A DNA stretch of 64,000 nucleotides, taken from Stylophora pistillata (Eukaryota). The notes under the pieces were generated by a model. The model saw only the letters and a list, made by a program, of their open reading frames with translations. It searched no databases and was not told where the DNA came from. The stretch lies in assembly GCF_002571385.2 (NCBI RefSeq), contig NW_019218103.1:145752-209751 (forward strand). The letters are read 5' to 3'. This document shows positions 39,092 through 49,200 of this stretch, one piece after another. Every line of letters begins with the position of its first letter. Position 1 is the stretch's first letter. Position numbers and translations under genes: made by a program.

Positions 39092-39183
39092 ACGTTACTC
39101 GCAGGCCTTATGAAGCAGATGTGGGGCGATGTGTAGAAACGTGCAACGCGTCTGACACCGTCACCATCAAAGCTCTTCCTGAG
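39092..39183 (+). CDS. Duplicated copy of an internal exon of the cystine-knot repeat gene
   Basis: tttcag|AC..GAG|gtgaga encodes (x)VTRRPYEADVGRCVETCNASDTVTIKALPE; identical to 43210-43301. Confidence 0.6.
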
Positions 39184-40441
39184 GTGAGAATGGTATCTTT
39201 GCGAGCAGGCCCTCGGTTCATTAACGCTGCGACACGAGCGGCGAAGAACCCGGAGACTCGAGCCAGCGAATTAAGCACACCTCCGGAAGCCTGTTGAAAC
39301 TTTTGCAAACCTCTCTCACGCTCGCACGCCGCTTCTAAACCCGCGGGCTTCGCCGCTCGTGTCGCAGTGCTTCAGAGACCCTACACGCTCGCAGGCCTTG
39401 GAAATGGCGGAAGCACAGCGTGCAGTCATGTAATGGCTACGAAATCTAACACATTTCCGAAACCATACTTCACCTTAGCTAATCTGAATTCGAATTTTTC
39501 AGATCATTTTGGACTCGCTTTGAGTTATCCCATACGGACATTAGAGAGGAGCCTAAATCTTCTTTGCGGGAAGTTTCTGGGTAACACGATGAGTGGAAGG
39601 AATTAAGTCTTGTTGCAAAGAACGGATACACCTAACCTGTTCCGAGTTGATCCAGACCTTGTGTTCCATAAAGTGTTATTGATCAAATTCGCCAATTGCC
39701 TCAATGTAGAATGTGTCATCAGTATACTTTTTGACGTTTCTTTTGGCTCAAGGTTCGTCGCTGCATTTTCTAAATGTTACAAGCTCATCGTTGGTAAACA
39801 GATGTAATTTCCTCAGTAATAACACCCGTTACATTGATTCATCTTTTCCACTTTGGCGTTTTTTGTGTTTCCAGACTGACATTTTCTGGTTTATTTCACT
39901 TTTAAATTAATTATAAAAGCCGTAACAGACGACTTAAGACTCGATTGCTTTCTCTATGATCTGCGTATATAAATATTGCATAACTTTTAAAGAGGAAACT
40001 TGTTCTCAGACCCTAACCATTAACACTATGGCTCGAATTATTTTTGAAAATTGCAATAAAAATTTTCCTTAAACGTGTTATTTTAAATAACAGCCTCAAG
40101 GTGCTAAAGAATTCTTTGGCTTCCAGTCAGTGGGGTTCTTTTAGAGTAGGAAGGGGCTTGTCAGACAGAAGGCAGGGCTTCAAAAACCTTACTTATGGCC
40201 AAAATGCAATCCATTCTTCTACCTCATGAATTATTGCCCAGATTTGATAAATACCCTAGACAATTGAAAACCCACATATATGCGATATCTAACAAATAGA
40301 GAAGCCTTGACTGTGCTTTTTTCTGGTGCAAAGCACGCAGGAAGTGCTTAGGGCACGAAAAGAGGAGACAGAAGAGTTTTTTTTAGATAACCTCTCAAAC
40401 GAAACAACCCGAAAAATCAGTATGCAGTGATACATTAATTT

Positions 40442-41143
40442 ATAGGTGTAGCTTAGTGTAGTAGGTGTAGTAAGTGTGGTTTAGTGTAGTTTGGTGTAAT
40501 AGGTATAGTAAGTGTAGTTTAGTGTAGTTAGGTGTAGTAGGTGTAGTTTGGTGTAGTAGGTGTAGTTTGGTGTAGTTTGGTGTAGTAGGTGTAGTAGTTG
40601 TACTTTAATGTAGTCTGGTGTATTAGGTGTAATTTGGTGTAGTTTGGTGTAGTAGGTGTAGTTTGGTGTAGTTTATTATAGTAGGTGGAGTTTGGTGTAG
40701 TAGGTGTACTTTAGTGTAGTTTGGTGTAGTTTGGTGTAGTTTGGTGTAGTAGGTGTAGTAGGAGTAGTTTGTTGTAGTAGGTGGACTATGGTGAAGTAGG
40801 TGTAGTTTGGTGTAGTTTGTTGTAGTAGGTGGAGTTTGGTGTAGTCGGTGTAGTTTGTTATAGAAGGTGGAGTTTGGGGTAGAAGGTGTAGTTTGGTGTA
40901 GTTTGTTGTAGTAGGTGGAGTTTGGTGTAGTAGGTGGAGTTTGGTATAATAGGTGTAGTTTGATGTAGTTTGTTGTAGTAGGTGGAGTTTGGTGTAGTCG
41001 GTGTAGTTTGATGTAGTTTGGTATAGTAGGTGGAGTTTGGTGTTGTAGGTGTAGTTTGGTGTAGGTTGTTATAGTAGGTGTAGTAGAAGTAGTTTGGTGT
41101 AGTAGAAGTAGTTTGGTGTAGTAGGTGTAGTTTGGTGTAGTTT
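40442..41143 (+). repeat. GGTGTAGTTT/GGTGTAGTA 9-10-mer minisatellite (duplicate copy)
   Basis: Direct reading of the sequence. Confidence 0.95.
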
Positions 41144-43209
41144 GGGAGATGACAAAACGCGGAGCCCTACTCCATGGAGTACCCTATGGACTACCTGAAT
41201 AGAGTACCCCTAAAATCATGTATGAGTCAAATAAAATACTTTATGAATATGGTGAATCGTTTAGATGTACATATCCTGATATATTTTGAGCTTGTCAGCT
41301 CTCCGATTGTCGCACTTAGATGTAGTACACGAATTGACCGCCATCTTGAAATTAAGATTAAACTGCTGACCGTTTCCAACGGAAAGCTTTAATGTAGGTA
41401 GGATCCATGAACGTTATCGTTAATAGGTCGACTACCATCTATTTTCATATGATCTTCAAGAGGTCAAATGGAGGGACAACCTTCATTCTGCAACGGGTTT
41501 TACGTCTTCCAAAATACCTTATGTGTGGCGTCTGTAAGAAGTTTGGCGCTCCATCTAGTAACGCATGGCCTCGCATGGGTTTCTTAAATGTGCGAAACGA
41601 TGAGGATACAAGCTTATATTTGTTTAAAAAGGTAATCTATATCTTTAAACTGAGGGTCTCCTCCCCCATCTATTCGTAGCGCAATAAAATTGAGGTATAT
41701 AAACAAACCAAAAAAAAAAAACAGTGACAGGTCGGCAAATAAATCCGACTGGGGTTGTTGATCTGGGAAATGCAGTAAGCTTAGATATTTTACCTCGTGC
41801 AGAAATCGAAACAGTGGGTTTTGTTCATTACATGGAGTTGTTTGTCTTCTCGTCAAAGGACTCATTACACAGCGGTAAAAACAAAATGGAGTAACCAGTA
41901 AGACTGAGAGCCCTAGTCAACTGTTCCCCCAAAAACTGGATTGTATCGAACTGTGACATTCGGAGAGCTGGTAAGCTCAATATATTTTAGGATANAATAA
42001 GTCATGGGTTGTCAATGTTCGTTCGACAAAAGGATCGAACCTTTATCATGCGCGAAGCCGATCTAAAATGACAGAGACAAGGTTCAATATGATTATATGT
42101 TGGCCTGGAGTGTCACGGCTTCCCTTCTCAGTCTTTCCCTTCTCGCTCGTTTACGCAAGGCTAGAAAGTTAAGAAAGCTCAGTGCAATGAATAAACTTAT
42201 ACATTTAATAAATTTGTGCCGGTAATGATGGCCTAGACGAGTGATTTCCACTGGTCATTTCCAATCATATCTCAGACGGAAGTGATTCGGTCATGGTTAT
42301 AGGCCAAGCATTCCGCTTCCCAAAATGATTAGTCCTTTGTAGCTTAACCTCTAATCCTTAAAATCACGCAAGTTTTAAATAGCTCGGTCGAGTGTACACA
42401 CGTACATTTCAAATTGAAGGGAGCACTGGGTATGATTTCGTGAATGATCTACCCAAAGACTAGGTTTTTTTAATCGTCTTATTATTATTTGCGAATCTTA
42501 AGCGGGACAATTGTTGTTTCGATCCAGTAGCACTCTATACAATTCAAAGCTATAAAAACGCGACTGAAATCAGCTTTGATAAAAAAAAGTCACGAATTGC
42601 ACCGGCAACGTGAATTCGCAAAACGTGTCGTTGAACTACATTTTCAACGTCATCCTAACAAAGTGCATTGTGCTCGAAAACGTGAGAAATAGTGTGAGCA
42701 CTTATCATGTTGAATCAGGCAGTGTGGCTTGCTGTTGAATTGTTTTGCTTGACAATGGACGATTTAATTAGGCCATTTCCGAGTTTTAAGAATGCTTACT
42801 TTCAAAATGAGCTTAGGTGCCAAACTTTCTTTCTCAAAATGAATTTTATGTGCATGAGAATAAGCGCCCAGCCTCCTTTTAAACAGAAGTTTCTGGCATC
42901 CCAGAACGGCCTTTTGAAACATAAATTTGAAAGAGGGACCCCCCTCATTATTTTCCAAGTAATCGTTGCCCAGCCTTAGTAATGCATACAGAGAAAGTCC
43001 AATGGTACAATTACTTGAAACCTAGCTAGTGTTAATTACGATGAAGTCAACTTCTGATCAACTTCTGAGTTGGAAATTGCAGCTGAGACTGGATGGAAAT
43101 TATTTCATTTTTAAGACAAACCAAATAATGTACTCGGTTAGAAAGTATTTAATTTACAGTGAATTAAGTAAAGTTTCTTTTTCTATTATTATTATTTTCC
43201 TGCTTTCAG

Positions 43210-46200
43210 ACGTTACTCGCAGGCCTTATGAAGCAGATGTGGGGCGATGTGTAGAAACGTGCAACGCGTCTGACACCGTCACCATCAAAGCTCTTCCTGA
43301 GGTGAGAATGGTATCTTTGCGAGCAGGCCCTCGGTTCATTAACGCTGCGACACGAGCGGCGAAGAACCCGGAGACTCGAGCCAGCGAATTAAGCACACCT
43401 CCGGAAGCCTGTTGAAACTTTTGCAAACCTCTCTCACGCTCGCACGCCGCTTCTAAACCCGCGGGCTTCGCCGCTCGTGTCGCAGTGCTTCAGAGACCCT
43501 ACACGCTCGCAGGCCTTGGAAATGGCGGAAGCACAGCGTGCAGTCATGTAATGGCTACGAAATCTAACACATTTCCGAAACCATACTTCACCTTAGCTAA
43601 TCTGAATTCGAATTTTTCAGATCATTTTGGACTCGCTTTGAGTTATCCCATACGGACATTAGAGAGGAGCCTAAATCTTCTTTGCGGGAAGTTTCTGGGT
43701 AACACGATGAGTGGAAGGAATTAAGTCTTGTTGCAAAGAACGGATACACCTAACCTGTTCCGAGTTGATCCAGACCTTGTGTTCCATAAAGTGTTATTGA
43801 TCAAATTCGCCAATTGCCTCAATGTAGAATGTGTCATCAGTATACTTTTTGACGTTTCTTTTGGCTCAAGGTTCGTCGCTGCATTTTCTAAATGTTACAA
43901 GCTCATCGTTGGTAAACAGATGTAATTTCCTCAGTAATAACACCCGTTACATTGATTCATCTTTTCCACTTTGGCGTTTTTTGTGTTTCCAGACTGACAT
44001 TTTCTGGTTTATTTCACTTTTAAATTAATTATAAAAGCCGTAACAGACGACTTAAGACTCGATTGCTTTCTCTATGATCTGCGTATATAAATATTGCATA
44101 ACTTTTAAAGAGGAAACTTGTTCTCAGACCCTAACCATTAACACTATGGCTCGAATTATTTTTGAAAATTGCAATAAAAATTTTCCTTAAACGTGTTATT
44201 TTAAATAACAGCCTCAAGGTGCTAAAGAATTCTTTGGCTTCCAGTCAGTGGGGTTCTTTTAGAGTAGGAAGGGGCTTGTCAGACAGAAGGCAGGGCTTCA
44301 AAAACCTTACTTATGGCCAAAATGCAATCCATTCTTCTACCTCATGAATTATTGCCCAGATTTGATAAATACCCTAGACAATTGAAAACCCACATATATG
44401 CGATATCTAACAAATAGAGAAGCCTTGACTGTGCTTTTTTCTGGTGCAAAGCACGCAGGAAGTGCTTAGGGCACGAAAAGAGGAGACAGAAGAGTTTTTT
44501 TTAGATAACCTCTCAAACGAAACAACCCGAAAAATCAGTATGCAGTGATACATTAATTTATAGGTGTAGCTTAGTGTAGTAGGTGTAGTAAGTGTGGTTT
44601 AGTGTAGTTTGGTGTAATAGGTATAGTAAGTGTAGTTTAGTGTAGTTAGGTGTAGTAGGTGTAGTTTGGTGTAGTAGGTGTAGTTTGGTGTAGTTTGGTG
44701 TAGTAGGTGTAGTAGTTGTACTTTAATGTAGTCTGGTGTATTAGGTGTAATTTGGTGTAGTTTGGTGTAGTAGGTGTAGTTTGGTGTAGTAGTTGTACTT
44801 TAATGTAGTCTGGTGTATTAGGTGTAATTTGGTGTAGTTTGGTGTAGTAGGTGTAGTTTGGTGTAGTTTATTATAGTAGGTGGAGTTTGGTGTAGTAGGT
44901 GTACTTTAGTGTAGTTTGGTGTAGTTTGGTGTAGTTTGGTGTAGTAGGTGTAGTAGGAGTAGTTTGTTGTAGTAGGTGGACTATGGTGAAGTAGGTGTAG
45001 TTTGGTGTAGTTTGTTGTAGTAGGTGGAGTTTGGTGTAGTCGGTGTAGTTTGTTATAGAAGGTGGAGTTTGGGGTAGAAGGTGTAGTTTGGTGTAGTTTG
45101 TTGTAGTAGGTGGAGTTTGGTGTAGTAGGTGGAGTTTGGTATAATAGGTGTAGTTTGATGTAGTTTGTTGTAGTAGGTGGAGTTTGGTGTAGTCGGTGTA
45201 GTTTGATGTAGTTTGGTATAGTAGGTGGAGTTTGGTGTTGTAGGTGTAGTTTGGTGTAGGTTGTTATAGTAGGTGTAGTAGAAGTAGTTTGGTGTAGTAG
45301 AAGTAGTTTGGTGTAGTAGGTGTAGTTTGGTGTAGTTTGGGAGATGACAAAACGCGGAGCCCTACTCCATGGAGTACCCTATGGACTACCTGAATAGAGT
45401 ACCCCTAAAATCATGTATGAGTCAAATAAAATACTTTATGAATATGGTGAATCGTTTAGATGTACATATCCTGATATATTTTGAGCTTGTCAGCTCTCCG
45501 ATTGTCGCACTTAGATGTAGTACACGAATTGACCGCCATCTTGAAATTAAGATTAAACTGCTGACCGTTTCCAACGGAAAGCTTTAATGTAGGTAGGATC
45601 CATGAACGTTATCGTTAATAGGTCGACTACCATCTATTTTCATATGATCTTCAAGAGGTCAAATGGAGGGACAACCTTCATTCTGCAACGGGTTTTACGT
45701 CTTCCAAAATACCTTATGTGTGGCGTCTGTAAGAAGTTTGGCGCTCCATCTAGTAACGCATGGCCTCGCATGGGTTTCTTAAATGTGCGAAACGATGAGG
45801 ATACAAGCTTATATTTGTTTAAAAAGGTAATCTATATCTTTAAACTGAGGGTCTCCTCCCCCATCTATTCGTAGCGCAATAAAATTGAGGTATATAAACA
45901 AACCAAAAAAAAAAAACAGTGACAGGTCGGCAAATAAATCCGACTGGGGTTGTTGATCTGGGAAATGCAGTAAGCTTAGATATTTTACCTCGTGCAGAAA
46001 TCGAAACAGTGGGTTTTGTTCATTACATGGAGTTGTTTGTCTTCTCGTCAAAGGACTCATTACACAGCGGTAAAAACAAAATGGAGTAACCAGTAAGACT
46101 GAGAGCCCTAGTCAACTGTTCCCCCAAAAACTGGATTGTATCGAACTGTGACATTCGGAGAGCTGGTAAGCTCAATATATTTTAGGATATGTACATCTAA

Positions 46201-49200
46201 ACGATTCACCATGTTCATAAAATATTTTATTGGACCAATACATGACTTTTATGGGTACTCCATTAAGGTACTCCATAGGGTACTCCATGGAGTAGGGCTC
46301 CGCGTTTTGCCATCTCCCGTGTAGTTTGGTGTAGTAGGTGTAATTTAGTGTAGTAAATATAGTTTGGTGTAGTGTAATGTAGTAGGTATAGTTTGGTGTA
46401 CTTTGGTGTAGTTTATGTGTAGTAGGTGTATTTTAGTGTAGTAAGTATAGTTTTGTGTAGTGTAATGTAGTAGGTGTAGTTTGGTGTAGTTTGGTGTAGT
46501 TTGTTGTAGTGGGTGTAGTAGGTGGAGTCTGGTGTGTAAGTGTAGTTAAGTGTAGTAGATGTCGTTTGGTGTGGTAGGGATTGTTCCGTATATTGGGTGT
46601 AGTGTGGTGTAGTTTGGTGTAGTGGGTGTAGTAGAAGTAGTTTGGTGCAGTAGGTGTATTTTAGTGTAGTTTGGTGTGGCAGGCGTAGTTCAGTTTAGTT
46701 TGGTGTGGTAGGTGTAGTAGGTGGAGTAGGTGGAGTTTGGTGTAGTAAGTATAATTTAGTGTAGTTTGGTGTATTTGGTGTATTTTGGTGCAGTAGGTGT
46801 AGTAGGTGTAGTTTGGTGTAGTAGGTGTGTTTTAGTGTAGTAAGTATAGTTTTGTGTAGTGTAATGTAGTAGGTGTAGTTTGGCGTAGTGGGTGTAGTAG
46901 GTGTAGTTAAGTGTAGTAGATGCCGTTTGGTGTGGTAGGGATTGTTCCGTATATGAGGTGTAGTGTGGTGTAGTTTGGTGTAGTAGGTGTACTAAGAGTA
47001 GTTTGGTGCAATAGGTGTATTTTAGTGTAGTTTGGTGTGGCAGGCGTAGTTCAGTTTAGTTTGGTGTGGTAGGTGTAGTAGGAGTAGTTTGGTGTAGTAG
47101 GTGTAACTTAGTATAGTTTGGTGTAGTAGGTGTAGTTTAGTGTATTAATTTGGATATATCAACAAAGTTGAAATGGTAAATTGGCCACTGTAACGATTAC
47201 AAAAGCTGACGTTTCGAGCGTTAGCCCTTCGTCAGAGCGAAAGTAGTTTAATGTAGTTTGGTGTAGTAGGTGTAGTTTGGTGTAGTAGTTGTAGTTTGGT
47301 GTAGTTGCTGTAGCAGGTGTTGTTTGGTGTAGCATGTTTACTTTAGTGTGATACGTGTAGTTTGGTGTAGTAGGGGTTGTTGTGTATATGAGGTGTAGTT
47401 TGGTGTTGTAGGTGTAGTTTGGTGTAGTAGGTGTAGTTTAGTGTAGTTTGGTGTAGTAGGTGTAGTTTGGTGTAGTAGGTGTAGTTTGGTGTAGTAGTTG
47501 TAGTTTGGTGTAGCAGTTGTAGTAGTTGTTGTTTGGTGTGGCATGTTTAGTTTAGTGTAATAGGTGTAGTTTGGTGTATTAGGGGTTGTTCTGTATATTA
47601 GGTGTAGTTTGGTGTAGTAGGTGTGGTTTGGTGTAGTAGGTGTAGTTTGATGTAGTAGGTGTAATGTGGTGTAGTTTATTGCAGTAGGTGTATATTGGTG
47701 TGGTAGGTGTAGTCTGGTGTAGTAGGTGTAGTTTGGTGTAGTTGGTGTATTTTGGTGCAGTAGGTGTAGTAGGTGTAGTAGGTGCGGTTTGGCGTAGTTG
47801 ATGTAGTAGGTGTAGTTTCGTGTAATTTGGTGTGGTAGATATAGTTTGGTGTGTTAGGTGTACTTCGGTGTAATTTAGTGTGGTAGCTGTAGTTTGGTAT
47901 AGTAGGTGTTTTTTAATGTATTAGGTGTAGTTTGGTGTGGTTTGGTGTAGTAGGTGTAGCTTAATGTAGTAGGTGTAGTTTGGTGTAGTTTGGTGTATTA
48001 GGTGTTGTAGATATAGTTTGGCGTAATAGGCGTAGTTTGGTGTACTTTTGTGTAGTTTGGTGTAGAAGGGGTAGTTTAACATAGTTTTATGTAGTAGGTG
48101 TAGTTTTATGTAGTAGGTGTAGTTTTATGTAGTAGGTGTAGTTTGATGTACTAGGGGTAGTTTGGTGTAGTAGGTGTAATTTGGTGTAGTAATCAAACAG
48201 CCACTACACCTACTACACCAAAATACACCTACTACACCTACTAAACCAAACTATGACTGCTACATGAAACTACACTTATTACACTCAACTACCACTAAAC
48301 CACCAATCTACACCTACTTCACCAAGCTTCACCAAACTACACTAAACGACACTAACTACACCTACTACACCTACTACACCTACTACACCAAACTACACTA
48401 AACTACACTTACTACACCTACTACAACTACTACATTAAACTACACCAAACTACACCTACTAGATCAAACTACACTTACTACACCTGCTACACCTACTGCA
48501 TCTTCTACAGTTACTACACCAAACTACACTTACTACATCTACTGCACCTACTACACCAAACTACACCTACTACATCTTCTACACCTACAACACCAAAGTA
48601 CACCAAACTACACCTACGACATCTTCTACACCTACAACACCAAAGTACACTAAACTACACCTACTACACTTTATTCTAGATTGTGTTACATAACAAGCGT
48701 TGGTTTTTTTTCACTTAGATAGCGTAGAACCTTGTTTTATATTCGTGATGGTAATAATGGATCTATTAACATGTGTGACCATGAGTGTAGATGGAGCGGC
48801 AAGATCTAAGGAGCCGCAAAAGGTTTACGAGTTAGTCGAAAAAGCTGTTCTCTCGTCAACTAAACTAAGTATATACCCAAGGTTGTTAAACATATTTGTA
48901 AACCTATTAGACAGTCGGAAGAGTGATGTGTTTTTCAAAATTTTATAAGTTATCTATTGTGTTGGTGGAACAAGAGTTGAAGATTGTATTGCATTCTACT
49001 TTAGGCCGTCCAAGTCGAAGCTTAGTTATAAGAAAGTTCCTGTTCGTGTCAACAAACTAAACGAGAGTTTGCCAATAATGCGCAAAAAAGTAGGTTTAAC
49101 GCGAAAGACGAGTCATAGTCTTGGTGTTACTTGGGCATCGTCGTTGTTTTTTAAATGCAGGTGTAAAAGAGAAATTAATAATAGCTAGAACTGAACACCG

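Larger units (their letters stand above)
37878..46189. repeat. Near-identical direct duplication (37878-41994 / 41996-46189) across a single N, probably an assembly artefact
   Basis: Identical ORF track at offset 4118. The offset becomes 4195 after the satellite because copy 2 has 77 extra bp. The junction is an N at 41995. Confidence 0.9.
44560..48669. repeat. GGTGTAGT(TT/A) minisatellite, inverted to ACTACACC after ~48200
   Basis: G/T-rich strand at 44560-48191, interrupted at 45339-46318 and ~47150-47241. Complementary orientation at 48203-48669. Confidence 0.95.

Noticed and set aside
38911-39297. 128-aa ORF, and other short ORF-track entries, as standalone genes
   Set aside because: Only the 39092-39183 exon is supported. 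The rest is intron or MITE read-through, and most other short ORFs are antisense to TEs or low-complexity.
44560-48669. Telomeric repeat or mucin-like ORF (47338-47544)
   Set aside because: The unit is not TTAGGG-like, it lies inside an intron, and the ORF is a by-product of the satellite.
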